From Trypethelium eluteriae (Eukaryota): DNA of 63,115 bases. Positions 9,198 through 22,298 of the stretch are shown here, piece after piece (positions within the stretch are counted from its first letter, which is position 1; every line of letters starts with the position of its first letter). The notes beneath the pieces were generated by a model, which was not told where the DNA came from, made no database searches, and saw only the letters and a list, made by a program, of their open reading frames with translations. A program made the position numbers and the translations under genes. Location: assembly GCA_051942245.1 (NCBI GenBank), contig JAVECL010000069.1, forward strand, positions 1-63,115, written 5' to 3'.

Positions 9198-10712
9198 ATG
9201 TCTCTATCCAGACCTCAAGCCGTCAATAGCCGGCTCAAACATTCCCCATCCATTTACGAACTTCAAGACCTCTCCCACCCGCCTGAGATGTCGTCCTACG
9301 TACCCCCGCCGCCGATAGCAGCTTCAGCGGTAGCTCTACCTATGCGGACTACTACATCTCCGGCCAGATCACCCGAAGCACGTCTTGTTCTCCACCAACG
9401 AGAGGCACAGCTGCAGTCAGATTTGCAGCATCTCTTGGATGCACAAGCTGATGGCCTGATCACTGGACTTGGCGGGGCACCGGAAGATCTGCCTGATGAT
9501 TTGCTTTCGAATGGTAGCAGTACCCCTACAGCTTCCACAAGCTTTCGAACGGGGTCTAGAGGCAACGGCATGACAGCAGCAGAAGCTCGGCAACCTAAGC
9601 CTAAGCGGGTCGGCCTAGGAGGGGCAAGGAGGGGTCTTTGGAAAACAATTCGGAAGTTAGCAACTGTGAAGCAGGAAGAGGTAGCCTTGATCAACAGTGA
9701 TATCGAGCACGATGAAGCAATCTCTGTCAAGTTGGACGCGTGGCAGCAAAAATGGGACGGTCTTCAAAACTCAGTACAAAACATTGAGCAAGATAGCGAG
9801 GAGGGCGCAAGGGCTAAGAGCCTCCGGCATGAAGCCGAGGGCTTGGGAGTCGAGATCCAGGAGCTTGAGGCAAGGCTAGCGGAAATGAAGAGCAGGCATT
9901 GGGTCATGCTGCAAGAAGTGTCTCGCCTAGAAAATTCTGTACAGGCTAGGCTGAGCAGCTATAGGGAGAGTTTAGGTATTGTGGAGAAAGAAATTAGAGG
10001 CTTCTTACACCGACCTCCTACCGGCGATGGGGAAGAAGTGACAGGAAATACTCATAGGAAAGGCAAAGATCGAGTTCATAACTTCATGGCACTGCCCCCT
10101 CAGAGAAGAACGCTGGAAATGGCTAGGAGTCACTGGGAAGATCGTCGGCAAAGCTTGGAAAGGATGAGGGAAGGAATAGAGTTCGAGAAAGAAGCTCTTG
10201 AAGAAGGCGCTGTGGTGTGGAAAGATGTGGTTGATGAGGTTTTAGAATTCGAAAGCAAGCTAAGAGCGCAAATGCAAAGGACAGCCCCAACCGAGCAAAC
10301 ACCGGACGAAGAAGAAAAGCAAAACGATTTGAAGCTACTCTTGAAGGATATGGATCAGACTGTTGTCCAGATCGAAAGCAAACTAAAGCTTGCTGAGGCA
10401 AGGGATTGGAAACTCCTAGTCTGCTGCATTGGTGCCGAGTTGGAGGCTCTTAGGCAGGGTAAAGAGATTCTGGAGGCTCTTCTCGACCAAGAAACGCAAC
10501 TAGAAGCACACAGTCCGGATGAACCGCGTACTCAAGGCAGCATTCATGAGCTCAATGGAGGATTGCTTGGGCAAGACCCGGCGGTTATGACAAGCAGCAG
10601 GGAAAGTGTGCTCCATCGTAACAAAGTGAAAGACAAAGCATATGACACAGAAGACGAGGAGCCTGATCCTGAGCTTCTCATATCGCATCAAGATACGGAC
10701 ACGTCCGAATAG
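9198..10712 (+). CDS. ATG28: Atg28-like coiled-coil autophagy/pexophagy protein (start codon uncertain)
   Basis: Long single ORF with coiled coils and the blocks LQHLLDAQADGL, LGGARRGL, RRTLEMA, EALEEGAVVW and WKLLVCCIGAELEAL, recalled from filamentous-fungal proteins annotated Atg28. Confidence 0.7.
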   Translation: MSLSRPQAVNSRLKHSPSIYELQDLSHPPEMSSYVPPPPIAASAVALPMRTTTSPARSPEARLVLHQREAQLQSDLQHLLDAQADGLITGLGGAPEDLPDDLLSNGSSTPTASTSFRTGSRGNGMTAAEARQPKPKRVGLGGARRGLWKTIRKLATVKQEEVALINSDIEHDEAISVKLDAWQQKWDGLQNSVQNIEQDSEEGARAKSLRHEAEGLGVEIQELEARLAEMKSRHWVMLQEVSRLENSVQARLSSYRESLGIVEKEIRGFLHRPPTGDGEEVTGNTHRKGKDRVHNFMALPPQRRTLEMARSHWEDRRQSLERMREGIEFEKEALEEGAVVWKDVVDEVLEFESKLRAQMQRTAPTEQTPDEEEKQNDLKLLLKDMDQTVVQIESKLKLAEARDWKLLVCCIGAELEALRQGKEILEALLDQETQLEAHSPDEPRTQGSIHELNGGLLGQDPAVMTSSRESVLHRNKVKDKAYDTEDEEPDPELLISHQDTDTSE

Positions 10713-11300
10713 ATGGATACCAGCGTTTTTTCACATCGTTAGACTCCTGATACCCTTCCATTATTCCAGTCTCAATTTCACCAAGAATTCAGCACGAATT
10801 AGGCTGATGGGCCTCCCTTGCGCAATCCATGAAGTCTCAGATGACTAAACAGTAAATCTGTTCATCAATAGATAAGGCAAAGGAGCTACTGCAGCGATGC
10901 CATCCAGTGGTTAGTACGTTCCAAGAAGATATGCGAGAGTGTACTTTCAAAGAATCATGATAATGTAGAATTGCCAGCTCAGAAAAACTGCACCGGTAGG
11001 TTCTAGGCCGCTACGCTCAGCCTCTAGCAAGCGCAGAATTAGTCGCAACTCGCGCTAGGGGTTCCATGTCCGAGAAGGTAGATAGATCTTGAGACGGCGC
11101 ATGCAGAGGCACGACGTTGAGGATTGCAGCCTAACGGGCTGAGGATAGACTTGCCTAGCATTCTTACTATGTGAGCCCACGGAGTATGGATTACAATGCT
11201 CTTGTAATATAATCAATCCATGAGTTCTGCGGCCTTCACTCTGTCAAAGGCAGGCTATTCCAGATCTCTCGCACGTTAGCAGTGGAGAACGCTAGTGAAC

Positions 11301-12253
11301 ATGAATCCCTATGAAGCCAACCCCACGAAGATTCCAGAGACAGATAGGTACTCAGATATACCCTCCTATGGTCGTTACTTGCCTCAAGCGGACGACTTCA
11401 AACCTGATACTAAGCACATCAACTCTATCTCTGCCGACTCCCTAGTCTACTGGGCTTCGGTGCTCGAACACTGTAATGCTTCCTTCAGAATTTACGAAAA
11501 CATAGATGGCGGCCGCGATGTATTCGCGTTTGGAAGCGTGATCATTAAGTCGACGCATCTTAAGAAAAAAATGGAGGGTAGGCGAGCAGATCGAGACTAC
11601 TCTTACGCGGACGCGAATGAAGTCGCGGCCACCGCTTTGGCGCGAGAAGTACTCAAAGATGTCAAAGTTCCGCATATTTACTTTGCAGGAAAGGTACTGC
11701 TCAACTGAAGCTTGCAGCTCGCCATTATTACTTTTACTAATCGAGATTTCCGAAGATTAATGGTCGATATGTTCTGGTACAGGAGCGAATTCCTGGAGTC
11801 GGTCTCAACATTGCCTGGCAGTACATCCCTCAATCCCAGAAAGTGTCATTCAAGCAACAAGCACGCGGTTTATTAAGACAGCTACATCAGATAAAATCTC
11901 CAACCGCACTCAAAAGGCCCTCTTATGTCGTTCCGGACCTAGATCCAGTTAGCCACCGAGGCATCCAGGAATTAGAGAGAAACATCATTTTCTCGGCCAG
12001 CAACGATGATCCTGACCTCAGCTTCATGCATAACGACTTCTCTTTATCTAACTGCATAGTCGATCGGGGCAAGATAGTCGGACTCGTTGATTGGGAAATG
12101 GCCGGCTTTTTTGGATGGAAGAGAGCTGGAGAAGTTCACCTGCAAATCCGAACTCCTAAGAGGGAAAATTTCGCTGCATCGAATCTGGCTGAAGACTTCC
12201 TGAATGATATCCTCTTCTGGAATGATCTGTACGTACTAGAGTCCGCAGTATAA
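11301..12253 (+). CDS. Aminoglycoside phosphotransferase (APH)/choline kinase-like protein kinase-fold enzyme (2 exons)
   Basis: Intron 11694-11755 joins VKVPHIYFAGK to INGRYVLVQERIPGV. The catalytic HNDFSLSN and LVDWEMAGF motifs are present. Confidence 0.9.
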
Positions 12254-13219
12254 ATCGTGATTTCTTGAGCGCTCCAGATGGACGTGGTCTAGCTGCTTCG
12301 ACATCGATGATCCTCGAACTTTAGAGAGGCAACGGTCCTAGCATCGAGGCTTTCCCAGTGGTGACAAGGGAATGAATTACACCAGCGTGCCGTTACAAAA
12401 AGCTGCATCATTCTCCGTCAGTATGGTTTTCACTACTAATCTGTGATCTTGAAGAGCGCCATCCTCCTTCAGCTTTCCTACGAAACATGACGTCTCGCGC
12501 ATCTATGCGATCAATTCCTCTTCGTCTGACGACAAGGGTTCGTTTAGCAAAAAAGATATCTCTTAGTGGCAACTTCAGGAGCCAACACGTATGTCATGCT
12601 TCAGACATAGTAGCACTTGGTGGAAGATTCAAGATCGGATTTTTAATGCATTGTAGGCGAGGATTCGAAATGCAGATGCAAAGCTTTGGAGAAAGATTGG
12701 GTGTCTGAAAATCTCACCAAGACCATAGCTGAACTTGCAAGTATTCTGATTGATGGTCTCTTGCGCCCTTTGTACTCGTGTCCTGTATTCTCAACGAAGG
12801 TCGCAAGCTTTGGTCCTACCTCTGTTCTCCGTAATGCGGACCTACTTAACCATAGCAAGGAAAGACTACTCTACCACAGAGTAGCCCCTCACAACAAATG
12901 TAACCAATCCCCGCTGCCCACCGTAGTGGAGCTGACGCTGAGACTTCAAGCTTAAGTTGGGAAGGTGGAGATGGTTGCCAAAAGCCAATGGACAACACTA
13001 CTGGTAGAGTATGCCACAGTGGTAGAGGAAGCGGTGGAGGACTGAAGTATGGTGCGGTGCAAGCCGAAGGACGGCGTCTGAGACTGCCAAACTCTTGCCG
13101 GATTCTCAGCCCAACTCGATTCTCCGTGATCTCTTCTCTCCGAAGCATCAAAATAATCTCGATCCATTGACAATATGACATGATTGGCATTTATCGAGGG
13201 ACGACTACGTCCCTAAAAT

Positions 13220-14467
13220 ATGATGCCCGAAGTAGCCTTCAGTTTTACCATTCCGTCCCTTCACGACGATGCTGTCCTTGACTGCCGCGTGTATCTTCCT
13301 TCGTCACGCATACGTGCCGAGCATGCCTCCCGGTCTGATATTCTCGGCGCTGTAATGACGCATCCTTATGCTCCAGTCGGGGGTTGTTACGACGATCCTG
13401 TGGTTTTGGGGGCCGTGGAAGAGCTCCTACGGCAGGGTTGCTTCGTAGGTACGTTTAATTTCAGGTCGGTATAAGTCTTTATCTACGTACTACTTCTCGA
13501 AGGCTGACCTTTCCATGCCAGAGGTGTATACGGAGGTAACGGTCGAACGAGTTGGACGGGCAAGCCAGAAATACAAGACTATATATCTTTCGCTGGATTC
13601 TTCGCCCACTATCTTGACCTCGTACAACAAGCTATACCCTCTAACCCTTCGATGCCCGTTACTCCGTCGCAACTACATCCTGAGTCTGCCGTGGACCCTA
13701 AGTTACAATCTGCACAAGATCTGAGACCACCCTTTAAACTTATCCTTGGTGGATACTCGTATGGATCGGTCATTGTCACGCGCCTTCCACCACTTCGCGA
13801 CATGCTGTCTGGCTTTCGGCACCCTGAAGACGGTACCGCCGCCTCTGAGATCTTGCAGCGCGCCCGTACAATATCAAGCTGGACGATTGAAAAAGTGGAG
13901 GCTGCGCGACGCGCGAATGCTCGCCGACTAACGCCATCAATAACCATGGGTGGTGAAGAGACACCATCAGACCAAAGACGTGTCAGTCGAGAGGGTGGAG
14001 GTCATAGCCTAGACTTGGAGGGGCTGAGAAGGAGCTTGGATATCCCAAGACGAATCAAGGAGCATAGAAGCCATACTCGGAGTCGTGAGCACACTCCCTC
14101 ATCTACAGAGAAGAGCGATCATGACGACGAGGATATGCCATCGATAAAGGTTCAATACCTCTTGGTGTCACCGGTGCTGGGTATTGTCGGTTCTGCGCTT
14201 TCGGCGTTTGGCGCTCATGGTGATCCTGCAGATGTCAAAACCACTCTAGCCAAGGAACCGACGCTGGCCGTTTACGGGGACAAGGATATATTCACATCAA
14301 CAAGAAAGGTTCGTCAATGGGCCCAGAGGCTGAGCTCAAACTCTGATCGCTTTTGGGCTGTGGAGGTGAATGGAGCGGGCCATTTCTGGCGAGAGCGAGG
14401 GGTCACAGCAAAATTGCGGAGTGCAATCGAAAGCTGGGTGACGAAGCTGCAGGCGGCGTCGAGATGA
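13220..14467 (+). CDS. Alpha/beta hydrolase (2 exons)
   Basis: HPYAPVGG and FNFR|G across intron 13465-13521, nucleophile elbow GYSYG, acid motif YGDKD and His motif GHFW. Confidence 0.9.
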
Positions 14468-15367
14468 TGTCTGATGAATACCTACATAGTCGTATATGAG
14501 ATACCCAAGGTACATACCGTGTACGACTGTTTCAGGGCTGTGGATGCGAGTTGCAAGCCTGGTGTACTAAGTATCGCCACACGCAAAAACTTGTTACTTT
14601 GGTCCCCAATCTTGCACTGAAGGTAAAAGTCGCCTGAATTGGTCATTTTCCTAGAGCCACCGTCTTCAGCCGTCTCGTAATCCCAGCAGCCCTGCTATCT
14701 TGGGAACTACCAAATAGGCGGAACGCATTGAGAAGCCTGCGTACTGCGCTCGTAAAACCCAGTAGCTTATTCATAAAGAGCTGGCTCGCATACGAACCCA
14801 AAATGCAGGAGTTACATCTCGCCACGCCGCGCTCTTCCCACATTGTCTTTCTAGTGGCAGAGTGGCAGTGAGAAGCGTCAAGCCATATTCTTTCTAATCC
14901 TTGCACTTTTCCAAGAAAGCCTTACCTCTCGTTTTCGCCGAATCCTCTCCGCTGGTCTTCTTCACAGGTCTGCCTCACTATTGACACGTCCTAGGCCGGA
15001 TGCCTGTCACAAACCTGCAAGCAGCGAGCACTGACTACCCGATCTGTGGCCTCTAGCCTAGCTCCTTGACCAGAGTCTGCTTTTAATCGAGTCCTGTCAT
15101 TTCTTTCGTGATCTACCTTAAAAACATGTTCTACGCGAGCGTGGCTCTTAGCCGCGCTTCGTTGTCTTCTCTATGTATTGCCCTTATGTGCAACCGTGAA
15201 TTTGCGCGAAGCAACTTGCCTCAAGCAGGAAAAGAAGCAGTTCAAAGGCAGAACGCTCGCTTCAGCACGCTATACTCTGCTGTGTTGAATCATTGTCTCA
15301 CGGACTTCAGCGCGCTAATTATGTACTATTCTGCGGCACTCGGAGATTCCATATATTTGCAGTCCTT

Positions 15368-17219
15368 TCATGATTCCCTTGATATGTCATTACTCCGTTC
15401 CACGTCTAATCGTGTACTTCCGTCCGGCGGAAATCGCGACATCAGTAATATGCAGAAGCCCAGGACCGCGACGCTCTTAAATCTAATCAGTGGGAAAGAC
15501 CCGACAAGAAGTATCGAGGGAGATGGCTTACCGCATTGCACACAAATACTAAATAGGTTTTCCCAATCTCGGCGAAGGCAGCAAACACGAGTCCGAAAAT
15601 ACTCGCTGGGAAGTAAAGTCAGCTATCGCATTGTATCTAAAGTGAAATCGATCGACTTGGTACATACTCGTGAGCAGCCTTGCAATCATCTCAACCAGTG
15701 TAATGGCACTAAGTGCGTCCGTCCGCTCAGAAGGAGGACACATCTGCAGAATCGATCCTTTAGAGGCAGAACCAGTGCCGGAAGCGAACGGCAGTAAGGC
15801 TGCGACGATATACATTTGCCAGCCTTCTCCAACAAAAGAAGCCGCGCCAGTCAGAATGCCATCTACCAGTAAGCTGAAGCGGGTGAAAAGTAAATCAAAG
15901 TCAAATGTCTCGTTCTCATTCGAGAGCTTGGGGGGCTCCACAGGCTCTTCTTCATGGTCAACACCTTGAGGGGCGGGGATTTGGTTTGGCTCAGTTGGAA
16001 TATCAGGGATATCCGAGGCCTTGGCTACGAGACTTCTCGTGTTCTTTGCTTTGTCTCTATTCTCCAGCCAGCGTCGACCACCAGAGATTATCCGCGGGAA
16101 AAGCAACGTCAGGAAGAAACCGCGGATCATAGAATTCATCGAAATCAGCAAGCTGTTTTCTGTCGTGCCGAATCCAAAGACGTCGGTGGAGTACATCTGG
16201 AGAAGAACAGGTACGTAGCTTGTAGCAAGAACACCGAAGAAGGAACCTGCACCGAGAACGAGCGCACCGTATTCTCGCTTGATACGACCGTCGCGCATGA
16301 TCCATTTCTGGGGCACAAAGGTCTTGAGGGGTCCGAAGAATCGTGTGAGCCCTTTCGAGCTCCGAGTTGCCTCCGCTTTATTCGGCGCGATCCACGGGAG
16401 GAACAACAGAACGTACACAGACGAGATCAGGAACAGTGCTAGAGTAACACGAAATGGGGATATAATTCCGAATGAATCGCTCAAAAGTCCGCCGGCGAGA
16501 AAACCAATAGATGTTCCGAACATATTACATCCTTGCAGACGTCCGAGGTAGCCAGTTCGCTCCCTATGCGAGATGACTTCGGTCACGAAGGTGTTCAGCG
16601 CGAGGATATATCCTGACGGCCCTCCGATGATCGTAATAATCTGCGAGCATTGGACGATTAATATGCCATTGCTGCTGCCTGTCATGACCCCGATGTTCTG
16701 CACCGCGAGTCGGACAGCCGGCCAAAAAACGGAGATGAATAGGGCAGTCTTGACGCCAAATTTCTTGATCATCCATCCTGTTACAAAGAGATTGGAAACT
16801 CCGAAGAAGGTAGTGGACGCTCCCAGCAGAGACACTGCACGAGCCGTACCGGCCTCAATTTCTGGGACTGAACAGCGGTCAGATCCTGGGGGTGGGAGCG
16901 GATGTTTCTCGTAATACGCATCACACGTCATTAACCGAAACACATAGATGAGTCTTCTCGCAATTAGTCCATGGCAGTCCATATAGAGTGGAAATGCGCG
17001 GGCAGCAATTCCCAACGCAATGGTGGATGGGTGTACTCACGGAACCTGGGTCACAGCGAAGGACAGCGAGACGATGAAAGCACAGAATAGAATGCGATAG
17101 ATGGCCGGTATGGTCCATGGCTGGCGTTCTTTCGATGAGTCACGCGATAGCAATGGTGTGTTCTCCGTCGTCTCACTCGACTCGTTCACCTCCACTCTGG
17201 GGGATTGATCTTTTGCCAT
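15368..17219 (-). CDS. MFS transporter (SLC46-like/tetracycline-efflux-like group), multi-exon, probably vacuolar
   Basis: Multiple TM helices, ERTGYLGRLQG and ERTDALSAITLVE motifs, and N-terminal ENTPLL dileucine. Introns lie near 16950-17040, 15606-15665 and 15476-15531, and the TGA stop is at 15368-15370. Confidence 0.9.
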
Positions 17220-18067
17220 GACGAAGTTGTTGGAGGACCAAGGGCAAGTTTCCCCACGGCATCTTTTCTTATCGGCGGGTCGATCATGTTGCAAACCCTG
17301 GCAGCCGGGATGGCGTGCCGGCGTACCGGTGGGAGAAAGGTGGTGTATGCAGGGCGGCGTGGAGAGCTCGGGTTAAATGCAGGGCGACGGCGGTGGACGA
17401 TTAGGGATATGGCGGGGCGGCAAGGGTGGATACGATGCCCGTTACCTTATCGATAACCAACTGCGATGGTGGAAGAAGGTGGTGGAGCTGATGTGGAGTA
17501 GAGATGGTCGCATCGTAGCCAATACACCGACCTCAATTCGAACCCCCAAAAACCTCCTTGCAAAATGTCCGGATTAAGTCTGGTGGCCATATACACCGGT
17601 ACTTGTCGCTAGGTATGAGTCAAGGCAAGCATGGACGTGAAGTTCTTACCATACCATGATTTCACGTTAGTAGGTATTCTTATACGGCGTGCAAATTTCC
17701 AAGTTCTTGTGAAAGAGTGTTGTGCATGACCTCAAGACCTCCGCAATAAATGCTCAGTCTCTGAGGATGAAGCAGGTTACAGGAATACTGCAAAAAGGCA
17801 CAGTACTCCCTCACTCTAAGGTATCTAGAGTAGTTGCCAAGAATCAGGAAAACAAGGCACAATCACATAGCCTTCCATTTGTCATATCCTGGATGGGCTG
17901 ACCCAAAGATCTATATATCTTATACAAGTAAAAACAATCTAGGTATCCCATATCTCATCATATTAAATAAAGTACCAAATTCCCTACCAGAAAAGTCTCC
18001 CAAAATCGCTTAAACGTACTCCACTGTCTGATTCCATCAAGAACGCTAGGAAGTCTGGTGTCAGAGT

Positions 18068-21000
18068 TTATAGCACCAAAGCTATCACACCCATCAACCA
18101 TCCCAATCCCATGAAGACAGCCCAGTCTCTTTTCACCCCAGCCCCACCACTTGCTCCGCTCCCAAACTCAGCAGTGGATGCTGGCGGACCTCCAGACATG
18201 ATGTAACCACCGACACCCATCGTACTCGGTCCCAACGTCGGCAACGTACTCGTACTCCCGCCCACCACAACCTCTGTCTGCCCCGCCGGCCCCGTCGTCA
18301 ACTCGACCGTCGTCGCCGCCGTTCTGCTCCCCAGCGTCACCTCCCCATCCAAACTCAGCGTCTTCCCACCAATCACGTATTCGCCGTTCGCATCAGGTGT
18401 GATCGTCTGGCCGCCCACCACAATGGGCGCCGCAGTCACCGAAGCTGTGAGCGGCGTCAGCGCCGTGGTGCGTCCGTTGATGATGGCTTCCCTCTCTCCG
18501 GCGGCGTCTGTGGTGAGTGCGATGGTGGTGCTGGGGCTGCCGGGTGCGTTTCCGGGAATGGTGATTTGGCCGCCAACAGAGAGTGTCTTGCCGTCGACGA
18601 TGTACACGCCTGCTGCGTTCGGGAGGAGTGATTCGCCGCCTGGGCTGAGTACGAGTGGGGCGGAGGCGATGGGGGATGGTGCGAGGGTCGCGGTTTGGCC
18701 GTTGACGATGGCTTCGGGGTGGCAAGCGACGTCGGTAGTTAGGATAATGGTGGTGCTCGGCGCGCCAGCAGAGTCACCCGGTATCGTGATGGTAGAGCCT
18801 GGGGTGAGTGTTTGACCTGAGACGATGTAGGAACCTGCCGAGTTTGGAAGTAAAGTTTCGCCGCCTACGAACAGAGGTGCGGCTGTGATGGGAGTCGAAG
18901 AGCTGAGAGTAGATGTCTGACCATTGATCACGACCGCGGTGTGGCTTGCGGAGTCGGTCTGCAGAGCAACAGTAGCTGACGGACTGCCATCAACCCCAGG
19001 TACGGTAATTGTGGATCCGGGATTGAGTGTCCTGCCAGAAAGAACGTACTGCCCTGCCGCATTTGGAAGAATGGCCTGGCCATCAATAGTGAGCGGAGCG
19101 GAAGTTATTGGAGACGCGGCGTCGATAGTGGAAGTCTGGCCATTGATAACGGCTTCGGTATGGCCGGCGCTATCGATCTGCAGAGCTATCGTCGATGCTG
19201 GGCCGCCATTGCTGCCGGGAATTGTGATAGTCGTACCTGGTGTCAAAGTCTTTCCAGAAACAATGTATTGCGATTGTGCATTAGGATAGATTGCTTGATC
19301 ATCAATGTCTATTGGTGCAGCGCCGTGTTTTACCAGAGACGAAGTAAGTGTAGACGTTCTTCCATTTACCACAGCCTCTAAATGTCCAGATCCATCGGTG
19401 CTCAAGCCTACTGTTGTCGGCGGACCACCACTGAGATCAGGAATGGTAGCTGTAGCTCCAGGGGTAATTGTTTGCCCTGATATGACATATCGGGATTGAG
19501 AATCTGGATAGATGGTCTGACCTCCGACATATAACGGTACTGCGGTGGGCGTGGGACTTAGTGGAGAAGTTTGGCCGTTGATCACGGCTTCAGTCTGGCC
19601 ACCACTGTTTGTCTGTAAAGCCACAGTCGTTGACGGCGCGCCAGCAGCTCCTGGAATCGTAGCTGTAGCACCAGGTGTCAAAGTAAATCCAGATACCACG
19701 AACTGCCCGGCAGCATTGGGCTGTACGGTCTGAGATCCGATTACAAGTGGAGAGGGAGTTGGGGCTACACTGAGCATAAATGTTTGCCCATTAATGACAG
19801 CTGCTGTTTGGCCAGCATTGTTTGTCTGTAACGCAATGGTGGTTGGGGCCTTCTCGGATATTCCTGATACAACAATCGTTGATCCCGGGGCCACTGTCTG
19901 ACCGGCTACAATGTATTGACCTTGCGAATTTGGTGTTGCGCTCTGGCCTGCAGCTCGCAAGACGGGACCCACTGCAGTAGGGGCCGAGGGGGAATTTAGT
20001 AGTTGAGATGTACTTTCCCCAACCACCAATTGTGTGTTTCCAACTCCATCAGTCTGCAAGCCAACTTTCGTCTGCGAAGGCCCACTGCCCAAAGTCAAGG
20101 TGGAGCCAACTCCTATAGTTTGTCCATTTCCAGTATACTGGCCTTGGGGGTTGAGGGCAAGTGTCTGGCTGCCGATAGTGATGGGGCTTGGAGCTGGTGT
20201 TGCGGTATTGGCAAGCTCGCCCGGATTGCCTACACCCGGAACGGAAAGTGTCGGCGCTGCAAGTGGTGTGGTACTAGATCCACCTACCACGATATGTGTT
20301 TGGTCTCCAGATGTAATGAACGCCACTGGCGTATTAGAAATCGTACCTGTCTGACCAAGAGCAATGGTAGAAGACCCAACCCCGAAGACGGGAATAGCAG
20401 TTGAACTACCAGCAACAACGGTAGGCTTAGCAGAAGTTGCCACCGGGATCACCGTTGAGCCGACAATGATCGACGGTGAAGGCTTTGACTGGCCTTGACT
20501 AAGTTGACCAGCAGAGGCTGTTGGCTGAGTAGGTGGAGGCGAAGGGCTCCCCTGCGAGATAGGCGCTGGATTGGAGGCCGAATTTTGACTTGATCCGCCA
20601 TTAATAATTGAAGGTAGAAGAGCCGGCGGGGGATTCGATAAAGTTTGCGTGGGGATGGTAGTGTCGCTATTCCCACCACCCCCGAGAATTGGAAGAATTG
20701 ATCCTGCTGGGTTGGTAGAATCTGATTGGACCGGAGCGGTATTTGGATTAGGCCTCTGAGTGTTAGGAGCTGATATAGCTATCTCGGTAGGTGATACGGT
20801 ATTGCTTGGCGAGATCGGGGCAAGTGATTGACCAGGAGTAGCAGCTGGACCTGAGGCTCCAGCAAAAGGAAGAACTTCTGGTGTGAAATGAGGTATTACA
20901 GCTTGGCTTGGCGCATTGGGGGGTGGCGCATTTGTGTGAGTGGTAGAGGTAAGTGTAAGATATGCAACACCCTCAATCATGCTCTCCAGAAGTGCGGCTG

Positions 21001-22298
21001 ATATCCTTCCAGGGCCTCTGAATATAGCTGCACTGTTTTGACAAGAGGAAAATGCCACCTGGCCAGGGAAATTAGAGGCAAAGAAGTCTTGAACTCCAGC
21101 TACTGTGCTAATAAGAGCGGTCATACCGGTTCCCAGTGGATTGTCACTAAAGTTAGCCCCAATGGACGCGAAGTTTAGGGAGGGGTGGGCCGGAAGAGTG
21201 AAGGTAGCACCACCATCGGGTAATAGTTCCTCGGACATGCAAGTAGGTTGGCCATTTGCAACATCTGTGGTCTTGATAGGTCCGATAACCTCATATGTAT
21301 CCACATAGTCGGTCAGTGACGACGGATAGACCCTTTTAAGAGTGAGAAGTTAGCAATAACCCGTAGTAGGAGCAAAAAAGGGCTCGTACAGAACTCTGGT
21401 CGCTGAGGCATTCAGCGCCGTAGCATATGTGATTGTAGTTTGCGTGGTGCCGCCAGCGTTGAAATCCTGATACTTTCGGCCATTGGATAGGGTATTGTGC
21501 TTAGTACTCATAGTTGTATAGTTGGTTCCGTTGTGTACAACGTGAAATACTGTCGCCGCAGTGACATTTGCAGTGATAAGGTAAGGCTGCCATTGCACTT
21601 GAACAAGCTTCGGTGGAAAAACACCACATTCGCCTACGCAGCTACAATTTTGTCCACAAGTTGGAGCTGGAGAAGATGTCGTACTTGCACTACGAGTGGC
21701 ACTGAGTGAGGAATGGCGGTCCGTAGCTGTCGCGTTTGAGGGGACTAAGGATGACCGCGATATAGCCGGTGCAGGATGAGGATACTCTATCGAGGTTCTG
21801 TTCGGTCCAGGGGATGGTAGCTCCGCGGGCAGGCTCGACAAGATACTATAATGCGTCAAGCTCGAGGTCGTGCTCAAAGACGCCACCTCTGTAGTCTGTT
21901 CTATTGCAGTCGTGTTTGGATTGAGAAGTGATGGCCGTATAGGAGGGCCTACATTGAGACTTATGTGCGTCAAGCTCGAAGTCGTCAGGGGACCCAGTGC
22001 CCCTGTTTGTGATACGGTTGCCTGGCGCAATTCCGAGGGCGAGGCATTTCCATGAGACGCTGCTGAAGCACTGGTCCACGACGAGTGCGAGATGCGGCCA
22101 GAAGACACGATTTCCGTCGCCTGTTGTGTGGTAGTACTCTGAGATAATGTAATATTTACAGATGACCCTACGCCTATCAGAATCTACGAGACATATGTGA
22201 GGACTTGGAGCCTCACTCAGTGCGCTTCTACGTACCTGATCTGGGAAAGAATGCGCAAAGGCCACCAGAAACAAAACAAAAAAGGAGCAAAAAGACAT
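18068..22298 (-). CDS. Large (about 1370 aa) secreted, probably GPI-anchored cell-surface protein with a Cys motif and a tandem beta-rich repeat stalk (3 exons)
   Basis: Signal peptide MSFCSFFVLFLVAFAHS from ATG 22298, with introns near 22184-22235 and 21332-21390 (GCTAAC branch). It has an S/T-rich region, CGQNCSCVGEC, about 9 repeats, and a C-terminal GSGASG followed by the hydrophobic tail WAVFMGLGWLMGVIALVL. Confidence 0.85.
18240..20191 (-). repeat. Nine diverged 65-75-aa coding repeats
   Basis: Consensus is approximately PLxIGGQTIxPNAxGQYIVSGQTLTPGSTITIPGxxGxPxTTIALQTDSAGHTEAVINGQTSTL. Confidence 0.95.

Noticed and set aside
15108..16914. Several plus-strand ORFs up to 229 aa
   Set aside because: These are antisense shadows of the MFS gene.
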